Shown: positions 1-9,421 of the stretch, piece by piece
How positions within the stretch are numbered: position 1 is the stretch's first letter
How the letters are laid out: each line of letters opens with the position of its first letter
Assembly: GCA_963848295.1 (NCBI GenBank)
Contig: CAWKDB010000010.1
Span: 1,504,001-1,568,000, forward strand
Source: an uncultured delta proteobacterium
GTDB taxonomy: Bacteria > Myxococcota_A > Polyangia > Haliangiales > Haliangiaceae
DNA length: 64,000 nt
Reading direction: 5' to 3'
Made by a program: the position numbers and the translations under genes
The notes under the pieces: model-generated
What the model saw: the letters and a program-made list of their open reading frames with translations, nothing else
What the model was told of the DNA's origin: nothing
The model's database searches: none

Positions 1-5
1 GGAAG

Positions 6-647
6 ATGACGGCGATGTTGCAACTGCCTCCCCCGCCCAACCTCGCCGAGCTTCCCCTCGTGATCGAAACGGCCCGGCTGCGGCTAAGGCCGATCGCGAA
101 GACCGATGTCGACGATCTGTGGCCGCATGCTTCGAACCCCGACGTCGCGCGCCAGATGTCGTGGGAGGCCCATCGCGACTCGAGCGTGACCACCGCCTTT
201 ATCGATCGCTGCCTCGAAACGCGCGCGAAGGGCACGGGCATCACGTGGGCGATCGAGCACGAGGGCCGCGCCTCGGGCTGTATCTCGCTCGATCGGATCA
301 CCTGGCAGTTTCAAGCGTGGCGCCTCGACCGCTCCGAGCTCGGCTACTGGCTCGGCGAGCCGCTGTGGGGCCGTGGCTTGATGAGCGAAGCCGCGGGTGC
401 AGCGACGCGCTGGGGGTTCGAGACGCTCGGGCTGCACAAGATCACGATCGGCTGCGTCGAGGGCAACCGCGCATCGCAGCGGATCATCGAGAAGCTCGGG
501 TTTCGCTTCTTAGCGCTGTTTCAAGACGACTTCTACCGCGACGGCCGCTGGCAGGCGCACCGCCGGTACGAGCTGACCGTGGGCGAGTGGACGAACCTGT
601 CCGATATCTCGACCACGACGCGGGTCAATAGACCTCGCCCGACTTGA
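6..647 (+). CDS. GNAT family N-acetyltransferase (RimJ/RimL-like)
   Basis: IETARLRLRP N-terminus, ELGYWLGEPLWGRGLMSEA acetyl-CoA motif, N..SQRIIEKLGF motif. Confidence 0.9.
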   Translation: MTAMLQLPPPPNLAELPLVIETARLRLRPIAKTDVDDLWPHASNPDVARQMSWEAHRDSSVTTAFIDRCLETRAKGTGITWAIEHEGRASGCISLDRITWQFQAWRLDRSELGYWLGEPLWGRGLMSEAAGAATRWGFETLGLHKITIGCVEGNRASQRIIEKLGFRFLALFQDDFYRDGRWQAHRRYELTVGEWTNLSDISTTTRVNRPRPT

Positions 648-990
648 TCCGGTCGATCATCGCGGCGAGGGCGCGCCGTGAGGCCTCGCCGAGGTCGACG
701 ATGCGCACCCCAAACCCGGTCGGATACGAATCGCTCTCGGCGCTGCCCGGCTCGACCACGCGGACGACGACGACCTTGACCGTGACTGCCTCGTCGTGGC
801 CGTAGAGCTCGAGCGACAGCGTCGAGCCCACCTTGAACGGATAGGCGCGCGCGACCTTCGTGTAGAGGAACAGCCCCTGCTCGGACAGATCGCGCGTGCG
901 GAACACGAGCTCCTGACCACCGGCGCCGTGGACCTTGACGAACGCATCGACGCGGACGCGTTCCGCGCTGCGCTCCCGTTGGTCGGACAT
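625..990 (-). CDS. PilZ domain protein
   Basis: QRERSAERVRV (RxxxR) and TRDLSEQGLF (DxSxxG) c-di-GMP-binding motifs; GFGVRI; start moved to the ATG at 990. Confidence 0.8.
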   Translation of the reverse strand: MSDQRERSAERVRVDAFVKVHGAGGQELVFRTRDLSEQGLFLYTKVARAYPFKVGSTLSLELYGHDEAVTVKVVVVRVVEPGSAESDSYPTGFGVRIVDLGEASRRALAAMIDRIKSGEVY

Positions 991-1079
991 GGTTGCACGA
1001 TAGCCGATCAATGCCGCGGCCAGCGCCTCGTGCACGGGCGAAATCGGCGTGGTAGCGTCGGGTCAACTTCTGAAAACCT

Positions 1080-3620
1080 ATGGACGTCCGCTGCGAGAAG
1101 TGCCAGACCGAGTACGAGCTAGACGAGAGCCGCCTCAAGCCAGGTGGCGTCACGGTCAAGTGCACGAACTGCGGGCACATGTTCAAGATCCGCAAGCGGA
1201 CGCCGACCAACGTCGGCCTTGCTGCGGTGAGCGACCAAGCGCGCTCGGCCGACCCGTCGCGAACGCGGAGGTCGTCGTCGAAGCCGCCGGTCGCGGCGGC
1301 GTTCGGCTCGGACCGGCCGCAGCGCGCCGACTCGATCCTCGGAGACCCCGACGCGGTGCGCGCCACGTCCGACACCGGCTCGGGACCGACCGAGGCGCGC
1401 CAGTGGATGGTCCGGCTCGAGAACGGCGAGAACAAGACGTGCCGCGAGCTCGCGATGCTCCAGCAATGGATCGTCGCGGGCGTGGTCACGCGCGAGGGCT
1501 TGATCTCGCGCACCGGCAAGACGTGGAAGCGGCTCGGCGACATCGCCGAGCTCGGCCAATACTTCACGATCGCCGACGAGGCGCGAGTGCAACGCGCCGG
1601 CCGCACGACCGGATCGCCGGGCGTTCCCAAGTCGACGCTGATCGGCGTCGGTGCCAAGGCGTCGTCTGCGGGCGGCACGATCCTGCCGGACGACGAGCCC
1701 GAGGTCGACACGCGGTCGACCGGCAACTTCGGCGCGCGTCGCGGCCGCACGACACCGCCGCCGCCACCGCCGTCGCGCACTCCGCCGACCGGCGCCCCGA
1801 TCAACAAGCCCACGACGAACCCGCTCGCGCAGACCGAGCTCGCGCCCGCGGGCGAATCGATGGCCGGCACGCCCCGACAACCGACCCAGCCGCCCCCGGT
1901 GCCGCGCAGCGCCGGGCCGAGCGGATCGCCGCCCCACGCACCCGCCGGCAATCGCAGCACCGCGATGTGGGCGAACAGCGAGATCAAGACGAGCGGCGAC
2001 GCGAGTGGTCCGCAGGGCCCGGTCGGCGGCAAATTCGGCGCGATCGCCGACGAGCCCGCGTTCGCCGGCCGCGTCCGCGGCGAGCCAGCCGACGAGTCGT
2101 CGTTCAATACCGGCAAGGTCCGCACGATCGACGACGACGACGATGCGTTCTTGCCGCAGCACAAAGGCTCGCGCGCCGGGACGGTCATCGTCGTGATGGC
2201 GCTCCTCGTGATCGCCGCGGCGGCCGCCGCGGTCTATGTCATCGTGGTCCGGCCGAAGAGCCAGGTCGCGAAGGCCCAGGATGCGGCGGTCGGCTCGGCC
2301 GTCGCGGTCGCGGCGCTGGCCGACGCGGCGGTCGAGGTCACGCCGATCGTCGATGCTGGAGTCGCACCACCCGAGCTGTCGGCGACCGACGTCGCGAAGG
2401 GCGAGTTGCTCGGCGGCGTCGAGTCGAAGCTGCGCGAATCACTGCGCGCGCTCGCCGCGAAGGACGATCCGGACAGCGAAGCGTTGCGCGCCCGGCTCGA
2501 AGCGACGCTCGCCGAGAGCGAGCTCGATCGCGCGGACTTCATCGCGGATCGCGTCGAGGCCGACAAGCTGCGCCGAGACGCGAAGCAGATGCTGATCGAA
2601 GCGGCGTCCCTCGCCCAGCGCTCGCTCAAGGCCAAGCCAGATGACGCGGCGGCCAACCTCGCGCTCGGCGACGTGCTGCGCCTTCAAGGCAAGCCGGTCC
2701 ACGAGGTCAAGCGCTATCTCGACGTCGCGCGTCGCAAGCTCGATCCGAAAGATCCGCTCGTCCGCGACGACCAGCTCGCCGAAGCGATGCTGGCAGCGCG
2801 AGATGGCAAGCTCGACGACGCGCTCAAGCAGCTCACGACGATCGCCGACGATCCGGCCGATACGCGGGTCAAGTTCCAGCTCGCGTTGATCGCATTCCGC
2901 CAGAACAAAGCGAAGGACGCCAAGCCGTTCGTCGATCAGATCCTCGCACTCCGCCCCGACCACGACGGCGCGAAGGCGCTCGCCAGCAAGCTCGCCACCG
3001 CGGTCGTGGGCACGGATCCGATGCCGCACGAGGACGGCAGCCACCCCGAGCATCCCGATCATGGCCCTTCGCAGCCGCCGCCCGAGACCGGTGGCGATTA
3101 CGATGCCCTCGTGGCCAGAGCGAACACCGCCGCGGAGAGCAACTGCACGAGGGCGATGGACCTGTTCGCGAAAGCGCTCGACTCGAAGCCCAATGGCGTC
3201 GAGGCGCTCGCGGGCATGGGCTACTGCCATCTCGATGCCAAGCAGTTCTCGAGCGCGTTCTCGAAGTTTCGCGCCGCCCTCGCGGTGTCGCCGCGCTACG
3301 AGCCCGCTCTGTCCGGGATCGCGGAGACGTATCAGCAGCAAGGCAACAAGGCCCAGGCGATCGAGTCCTGGCGCAACGTGCTCGTCGCCTACCCGAGCTC
3401 GACAAAGGCCAAGAAGCAACTCGAGATGCTCGGCGCCGGAGCGGGCGACAACGGCGGGGGCGCTGGCTCTGCGGTTCCGACTCCGACTCCGACTCCGACT
3501 CCGACTCCGACTCCGACTCCGACTCCGACTCCGACTCCGACTCCGACTCCGACTCCGACTCCGGCGCCGGCAACACCCGCGCTCGCCCCCGCTGCCGGCT
3601 CTGCCGGTTCCGCGCAATAG
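1080..3620 (+). CDS. Zinc-ribbon (MJ0042-type) / GYF-like / TM / TPR membrane protein
   Basis: CEKC..VKCTNCGHMF zinc ribbon, WMVR..LQQWI..WKRLGDIAEL GYF_2-like segment, Pro-rich linker, one TM helix, TPR-like helices, (PT)14 tail. Confidence 0.8.
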   Translation: MDVRCEKCQTEYELDESRLKPGGVTVKCTNCGHMFKIRKRTPTNVGLAAVSDQARSADPSRTRRSSSKPPVAAAFGSDRPQRADSILGDPDAVRATSDTGSGPTEARQWMVRLENGENKTCRELAMLQQWIVAGVVTREGLISRTGKTWKRLGDIAELGQYFTIADEARVQRAGRTTGSPGVPKSTLIGVGAKASSAGGTILPDDEPEVDTRSTGNFGARRGRTTPPPPPPSRTPPTGAPINKPTTNPLAQTELAPAGESMAGTPRQPTQPPPVPRSAGPSGSPPHAPAGNRSTAMWANSEIKTSGDASGPQGPVGGKFGAIADEPAFAGRVRGEPADESSFNTGKVRTIDDDDDAFLPQHKGSRAGTVIVVMALLVIAAAAAAVYVIVVRPKSQVAKAQDAAVGSAVAVAALADAAVEVTPIVDAGVAPPELSATDVAKGELLGGVESKLRESLRALAAKDDPDSEALRARLEATLAESELDRADFIADRVEADKLRRDAKQMLIEAASLAQRSLKAKPDDAAANLALGDVLRLQGKPVHEVKRYLDVARRKLDPKDPLVRDDQLAEAMLAARDGKLDDALKQLTTIADDPADTRVKFQLALIAFRQNKAKDAKPFVDQILALRPDHDGAKALASKLATAVVGTDPMPHEDGSHPEHPDHGPSQPPPETGGDYDALVARANTAAESNCTRAMDLFAKALDSKPNGVEALAGMGYCHLDAKQFSSAFSKFRAALAVSPRYEPALSGIAETYQQQGNKAQAIESWRNVLVAYPSSTKAKKQLEMLGAGAGDNGGGAGSAVPTPTPTPTPTPTPTPTPTPTPTPTPTPTPAPATPALAPAAGSAGSAQ
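3477..3560 (+). repeat. (CCGACT)14 perfect hexanucleotide tandem repeat encoding (Pro-Thr)14
   Basis: Counted directly: 84 bp of identical units. Confidence 0.97.
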
Positions 3621-3641
3621 GCCACAGTGTTATGAAGCGGC

Positions 3642-5558
3642 ATGCGCCTGCTTCGTACTTCCACGCTCGTCGCTCTCGCCGCGTGTAGCACCAGCCCCTC
3701 CAAGCTCGAGACCGCGCCGCTGGCCGCGAGTCACTCCGAGGCCTCGCCGGCGGCGCTCGGGCTCTCGGCGATGACCGGTGATGACAAGCCCGGTGGCTTC
3801 GACATCCGTGGTGCGCTCGCGAAGATCAAAGACTCCATCGACAAGCCAGGACCCTACGAAGCGCCGTCCAAGTCGGCCGACTTCGACGAGGGTAAGCCTC
3901 ATTGGGATGTATTGCGGCTGTCGGGCCACGTCGTGGAGCGCGAAGGGTTCTCGCTGTTCGGTGGCAAAGGCACCGAGCTGCGCGCCTTGACCGAACGTCT
4001 CCACCAGCTCGCGAAGGTCGATAACCTCGTCGGCTTGCTCGTCGAGCTCGATGGCCTCGAGATCAGCCTGCCGGATCTGATCGAGTTGCGCGCCGCGATG
4101 CACGCGTTTCGCGCGACGAAGAAGCTGCGCTGCTACGCGGAAGGCGCGAACAACGCGACGTACCTCGTGCTCGCCGCATGCGACACGATCGCGATCGCGC
4201 CACTCGGTGAGGTCGCGATCTCCGGCCCGGCCGCGCTGCCGGTCCACATCAAGCCGCTGCTCGACAAGCTCGGCGTGCAAGCCGACTTCGTGCACATCGG
4301 CGCGTACAAGGGCGCGGCCGATCCGCTCGTTCGCGACTCGCCGTCGAAAGAAGCCGAGGAGACGCTCGGCGCGATCCTCGATCGGCGTTACGCGACGATG
4401 GTCGAGACGATCGCGGCCGACCGCAAGCTCGGTCCCGATACGGTCAAGACGCTGATCGACACCGCGTTGATCCCGGCGGAGCAGGCCAAGACGTCGCAGC
4501 TGATCGACGAGGTCACGACGTACGAGGCGTTCCGCGACGAGCCGAACCAGCCGTGGCGATCGATCGACGTCTCGCCCGACCACAAGGACATGCTGCACAC
4601 GTGGACGAAGATCGCACGGTTCGTCGGCGCGATGCCGCCGGAGCGCCCGACCGGTGATCACGTCGCCGTGATCTACGCGCTCGGTAACATCGTCAACGGC
4701 AAGGGCGACGGCGTGCTCGGCGCGCGCAAGGAGATCGCCGCCGACACGCTGATCGCGGCGATTCGCGCGATCAGCGCGGAAGACTCGGTCAAGGCGGTCG
4801 TGCTCCGCATCGACTCGGGCGGCGGCAGCGCGCAGGCCTCCGAGCTGATCTGGCGCTCGCTCGCGCAACTGGTCGCGAAGAAGCCGGTCGTCGTCTCGAT
4901 GAGCGACGTCGCGGCGAGCGGCGGTTACTACATCGCGAGCGGGGCGACGAAGATCTACGCGCTCGACGACACGATCACCGGCTCGATCGGCGTGATCGGC
5001 GGCCACATCGCACCGGCGGCCGCGCTCGCGAAGATCGGGATCAACACGTTCCCGACCGGCCGCGGCAAGCGCGCGACGATGTTCGCGAGCCTCGGGCCGT
5101 GGACCGACGACGAGCGCGACGCGATCAAGAAGACGATGGAGAGCGTCTACGACACGTTCATCGGCCGCGTCGCCGACGGTCGCCACAAGCCGAAGGACGT
5201 GATCGAGAAGATCGCAGCCGGGCGCGCGTGGACCGGCGCCGCCGGCAAGGAGCTCGGTCTCGTCGACGCGATCGGAGGGCTCGATGACGCGATCGCCGAA
5301 GCGAAGCAACTCGCGAAGGTCGACGCCGGCAGCGAGCTCGAGATCTACCCGCCCGAGCCGACCCTGCGCGACCTGATCGTCGGCTTCGGCCAGGGCGGCA
5401 GCCCGTTCGGCGTCTCGCTCGGCACCACCGCGATCGCCGAGCAGCTGCGCGCGCTGTCGCCCGAGGTCGCCGACACCGCGGCGACGTTGCTCCAGCTCGT
5501 CGAATCGTTCCGCACGACGACGATCCAGGCGGTGACCGTGCTGCCCGCGGTGCGGTGA
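3642..5558 (+). CDS. sppA: Signal peptide peptidase SppA (protease IV, S49), two-domain, lipoprotein signal
   Basis: GAYKGA, LRIDSGGGS, VVVSMSDVAASGGYYIA, TITGSIGV, GRAWTG, LGLVDAIGG motifs; LAAC lipobox. Confidence 0.9.
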   Translation: MRLLRTSTLVALAACSTSPSKLETAPLAASHSEASPAALGLSAMTGDDKPGGFDIRGALAKIKDSIDKPGPYEAPSKSADFDEGKPHWDVLRLSGHVVEREGFSLFGGKGTELRALTERLHQLAKVDNLVGLLVELDGLEISLPDLIELRAAMHAFRATKKLRCYAEGANNATYLVLAACDTIAIAPLGEVAISGPAALPVHIKPLLDKLGVQADFVHIGAYKGAADPLVRDSPSKEAEETLGAILDRRYATMVETIAADRKLGPDTVKTLIDTALIPAEQAKTSQLIDEVTTYEAFRDEPNQPWRSIDVSPDHKDMLHTWTKIARFVGAMPPERPTGDHVAVIYALGNIVNGKGDGVLGARKEIAADTLIAAIRAISAEDSVKAVVLRIDSGGGSAQASELIWRSLAQLVAKKPVVVSMSDVAASGGYYIASGATKIYALDDTITGSIGVIGGHIAPAAALAKIGINTFPTGRGKRATMFASLGPWTDDERDAIKKTMESVYDTFIGRVADGRHKPKDVIEKIAAGRAWTGAAGKELGLVDAIGGLDDAIAEAKQLAKVDAGSELEIYPPEPTLRDLIVGFGQGGSPFGVSLGTTAIAEQLRALSPEVADTAATLLQLVESFRTTTIQAVTVLPAVR

Positions 5559-6592
5559 TGCGCGCGATCGTCGCCGCCGCGCTGCTCGTCGCCTGTGGCG
5601 GCCACGATCCCGAAACGACCAGCGCGCCGGCGGCGAAGCTCGCGACGGTCGACAAGCCCGCCGTCGCCGAAGGGCCACAGGGGCGCGTCCACGAGGTTCG
5701 GTTCGACAGCGCCGCGCTCGGCGTGGCGAAGCGCTACTTCGCGTACCTCCCGGCGAGCTACGACCAGCGCCGCGACGCTCGCTTCCCGGTGTTCTACTAC
5801 CTGCACGGGCTGACCGGCGACGAGACGAGCTGGCTCGAAGGCGGTCACCTCGACGCGGTCGCCGACCAGCTCGGGCTCGAGGCGATCGTCATCATGCCGG
5901 ACGGCGACGACGGCTGGTACGCCGACTCCGACTCGCCGGTCGACTACGACCGGTGCATGAAAGACGGCACCGGCCTGTTCATGCCGGGAGCGCAGAAGCC
6001 GGCGGAGACGTGCGTTCGCCACCGCAAGTACGAGACGTACATCACGCGAGATCTGATGAAAGACGTCGACGCGCGCTACCGCACGATCGCCGACCGCTCC
6101 GGTCGCGCGATCGCCGGACTATCGATGGGCGGCTTCGGCGCGCTCGAGCTCGCGATGCGCCACCCCGAGCTCTACGCCGCCGCCGCGAGCCACTCCGGCG
6201 TCGACTCGATGTTCTACAAGGCGCCGCATCCGTACGCGGCGGGCAAGGTCGAGCTGATCACCGACGTGACCGACTGGCAGCGCGCGGTACCGAAGATCGG
6301 CGACTGGGTCGTCATGCTGTTCGGCACCGACATCGCGAACTGGAAGGCGCACGATCCGGCGACGCTCGCGCAGTCGCTCGAGCCCGGCAAGCTCGCGCTC
6401 TACCTCGACTGCGGTACGGAGGACGACTTCCAGCTTCAAGATGGCGCGTCGTACCTGCACGACGTGCTGACCGCGCGCCACATCGAGCACACGTTCTTCC
6501 TCGGGCCCGGCGGTCATAACTTCCGATTCTGGGGCCCGCGCTTGCCCGACAGCCTCGCGTTCCTGCGCGATCACACGACCAAGCCGCTGTAG
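5555..6592 (+). CDS. Putative esterase (alpha/beta hydrolase, FrmB/XynC-like), lipoprotein
   Basis: PVFYYLHG, AIAGLSMGG (GxSxG), DCGTED, GGHNF; LVAC lipobox; overlaps the sppA stop. Confidence 0.85.
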   Translation: MMRAIVAAALLVACGGHDPETTSAPAAKLATVDKPAVAEGPQGRVHEVRFDSAALGVAKRYFAYLPASYDQRRDARFPVFYYLHGLTGDETSWLEGGHLDAVADQLGLEAIVIMPDGDDGWYADSDSPVDYDRCMKDGTGLFMPGAQKPAETCVRHRKYETYITRDLMKDVDARYRTIADRSGRAIAGLSMGGFGALELAMRHPELYAAAASHSGVDSMFYKAPHPYAAGKVELITDVTDWQRAVPKIGDWVVMLFGTDIANWKAHDPATLAQSLEPGKLALYLDCGTEDDFQLQDGASYLHDVLTARHIEHTFFLGPGGHNFRFWGPRLPDSLAFLRDHTTKPL

Positions 6593-6602
6593 CCCTCGCC
6601 GT

Positions 6603-9386
6603 TCAGGTCGTCGAGAGCATCCGGGTCAGCGCCTTGACCGCATCGCGCGCGCGCTCGACGTGCTCGGCCGCCGCGCTCACCGCGCTCGACACCGCGACGA
6701 CGGCCTCGCTCTGGTCCATCGTCGCGGTCTCGTCGCTCGCGGCGCGCATGTTCGAGCGCAGCGAATCGATCGACTCTTCGAGCGCGCTCAGGTGCTCGGC
6801 GAACTCGATCGGCAGGGCGTTGCCGGTGCGAGTCGGTTCGTCCTCTTGCGCGCGCTCCTGCGCCGCGAGCCGCGCTTCGGCGTCTGCGAGCTTTTGCTCG
6901 AGGTCGCTCGCACGCGCGACGAGCGACGTGTAGCGCGACACGTCGGCCTTGGCGGTGACCTCCGGCTCGCGTACGGCCTCGCGCATCGCGGAACGGCGAT
7001 TCGTCGTCTGCTCGAGCTCGCGCTCGGTCTCGAGCACCGAGGCTCGCTCTTTCGCGGCTCGCAGCTCGCGCTGCAGACCGGCGATCTCGCGCTCGGTGTT
7101 CGCCGCGAACTGGCGGACATTTTCGGCCGAATCGACCTCGCCTTGCAGCTGGGTGACGCGCTCGGTGAGCTGCGCGGCCTGCTGGGTCGCGGCGACGAAC
7201 TTGCCTTCGCTGTCGCGCGCGCGGCGCTCGGCATCGACGATGCGCTCGGCGGCGTCCTTCGCGCGAGCCTCGATGTCCTTCGCGCGAGCTTCGATGTCGC
7301 GCCCGCGCTGCTCCGTCTCGCGCAGCTGCGCCGCGAGCTGGCTCGCCTGGGTCTCGGCGTCGTGGACGCGGCGCTCGGCCTCGGCGATCGCCTCGAGCGT
7401 CGGCGTGTGGACGTTCGTCTGGTTGCCGGTCGAGCGCTCGGCCCACGCGAGCTTCGCGAGCGCCTCGTCGAGCTGGCGCTGCAACGCCATCGCGCGACCG
7501 ATCGCGAGATCCGCTTCTTCGGAGCTCGCGGCGAAGTGCGTGACCTGGTCTTCCGCCGCGACCGCGCGCTGCTGGGCGGAAGCGACGAGCTGATCGGCAT
7601 CGCCCGCGCGTTGCTCGGCCTCGGCGGCTCGCCGGTCGGAATCCGCGGCTCGCCGCTCGGCTTCCCCGAGCTTGGCACGCGTGGCCTCGAGCTCCCGGCG
7701 CACGGCGTCGAGCTCGCGCACCGCGCTGTCGAGCTTCGCGTTCGCCGCGTGGAGCTCGGCCGGATCGAGCGCTCCCGCGGCTTGGTTGGCCGCCGCCGTT
7801 TGCACGCTCGCGAGCTGGCGCTCGAGCTCCGCGATCCGCGCCCGCGTCTCTTCAATCGCGACCGCCGCGGCGGTTTGCTCGAGCGCGATCGTGCCCTCGA
7901 GGTCCTGGATCTTGTCCTCGTGCGCGGCGAGCTGGGCCTCGTACTCGGCGAGCTTGCGCTCCGCATCGGCCGCTCGCTGTTCGAGCGCGGGCACGGTGCT
8001 CTTCGCGTCGGCCAGCTCGCGCTCGAGCTGGGTCTTGCGATCGACGAGCGCGAGCGCGCCCTTGCGCTCGGCGGCGAGCTCGCGCGCGGCCTGATCGATC
8101 CTCGCGGCGCTATCGCGCTGAGTCGCGCCGACCTGGGCTTGCACCTCGGCGCGCAAGCGCTCGGCCTCGGCGATCGCGGCGAGCCGCTCGGCTTCGCGCG
8201 CATCGGCTTCCGTCCCCCGCCGCATCGCGTCGTCGAACGCGCGATTCTGCGAGACTCGAGCGCGATCGGCTTCGACCGCGCGGTGCAGCGCTTCGGCGAC
8301 GTCCTTCGCCATCGCCTTCGCCATCGTATCGGCCGCGCGCGCACGCTGTTCCGCCATCTCCGCCCGCGCCTTCTCGGCGGCGAGCTCGGCCTTCACCGCC
8401 GCCTCGGCGGCCTTTGCGGTCGTCTCGGCTGCTTTCGCGGCGGCGATCTTGCTGTCGGCGCTGCCCGCGGTCTCGGTCGCCTTTGCGGCGGTCGACTCGA
8501 GCTCGCCGAGGCGCTGCGCGCGCGTCTCGAACTGGGCCTTGAGCTGGCCGAGCTCCGCGGTGATCGCGGCGAGCTTGCCGGCCGCATCGCCGGCGCTCCG
8601 CTCCGCACCCTGCGCGCGGATCTGCGCGGCGGCGAGCTCCTGGTCGGCCTTGTCGGCGCGCGCGTTGGCCTCGACGAGCTCCGCGGCGAGCTCCGCGGTC
8701 TTGGGATCGGGCTGCCCGAGCGCGCGCTTCGCGGTCGCGAGCTCGCCCTCGAGCCGCGAGATCGTCATGTCCGATTCGGCGAACCGCTCGGCGGTATCGA
8801 TGCCCTTCTGGGTCTCGGCGATGATCTTCGCTTCGCGCGCCTTCGCCGCTTCGAGCCGGGCCACTTCGAGCTCCTTGGCGCTCGTCGTGCGCAACGCATC
8901 GAGCTCGGCGCGCAGCTGCTCCGCGTCGCCCGCATGGGCGCCTTGCGTCGTCCCGGCCGCGCGCAGCTCCTCGTGCAGCTCGCCGACCCGCTTCGCGAAC
9001 GCATTGCGCTCGTCCTCGACCGCGGAGCGGGCCTTGCGCTCCATCTCGAGCCATTGCGCGAGCGTGCCGTGCAGACCGTTCGGCGGCGGCAGCGTGCCGC
9101 TCGTGGGCAACAGCCGGATCACGAGGCTGCCGACCAGCACGATCTCGCCGGTCGGCACCGGCGCGCGGTTGACCTTGTTCGGCCCGACGTAGATCCCGTT
9201 CGAGCTACCGAGGTCCTCGACCCACAGCGCGCCCTGGTCGACGAAGAACCGCGCGTGATTGCGCGACACCCGCGGGTCCTCGCTGCGGATCGCACATTCG
9301 GCGCCACGCCCGACGAGGATCGGTTCGGCGCCCAGCGAAAACGAGCGATCGACGCCGTCGACGTCCGTATAGACGAGGGTCGCCAT
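6603..9386 (-). CDS. FHA domain + long coiled-coil protein
   Basis: LVGR..VSRNHA..EDLGSSNGIYV FHA signature, then about 780 aa of A/E/R/L heptad-rich sequence. Confidence 0.85.
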   Translation of the reverse strand: MATLVYTDVDGVDRSFSLGAEPILVGRGAECAIRSEDPRVSRNHARFFVDQGALWVEDLGSSNGIYVGPNKVNRAPVPTGEIVLVGSLVIRLLPTSGTLPPPNGLHGTLAQWLEMERKARSAVEDERNAFAKRVGELHEELRAAGTTQGAHAGDAEQLRAELDALRTTSAKELEVARLEAAKAREAKIIAETQKGIDTAERFAESDMTISRLEGELATAKRALGQPDPKTAELAAELVEANARADKADQELAAAQIRAQGAERSAGDAAGKLAAITAELGQLKAQFETRAQRLGELESTAAKATETAGSADSKIAAAKAAETTAKAAEAAVKAELAAEKARAEMAEQRARAADTMAKAMAKDVAEALHRAVEADRARVSQNRAFDDAMRRGTEADAREAERLAAIAEAERLRAEVQAQVGATQRDSAARIDQAARELAAERKGALALVDRKTQLERELADAKSTVPALEQRAADAERKLAEYEAQLAAHEDKIQDLEGTIALEQTAAAVAIEETRARIAELERQLASVQTAAANQAAGALDPAELHAANAKLDSAVRELDAVRRELEATRAKLGEAERRAADSDRRAAEAEQRAGDADQLVASAQQRAVAAEDQVTHFAASSEEADLAIGRAMALQRQLDEALAKLAWAERSTGNQTNVHTPTLEAIAEAERRVHDAETQASQLAAQLRETEQRGRDIEARAKDIEARAKDAAERIVDAERRARDSEGKFVAATQQAAQLTERVTQLQGEVDSAENVRQFAANTEREIAGLQRELRAAKERASVLETERELEQTTNRRSAMREAVREPEVTAKADVSRYTSLVARASDLEQKLADAEARLAAQERAQEDEPTRTGNALPIEFAEHLSALEESIDSLRSNMRAASDETATMDQSEAVVAVSSAVSAAAEHVERARDAVKALTRMLSTT

Positions 9387-9421
9387 TCCCTGGCGCGCAA
9401 CGTATCACACCGACGCGATCG

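Noticed and set aside
3477..3560. Repeat tracts (also 19542-19670 and 28167-28256) as possible CRISPR arrays
   Set aside because: The units are contiguous, in frame within CDSs, have no unique spacers, and no cas genes are present
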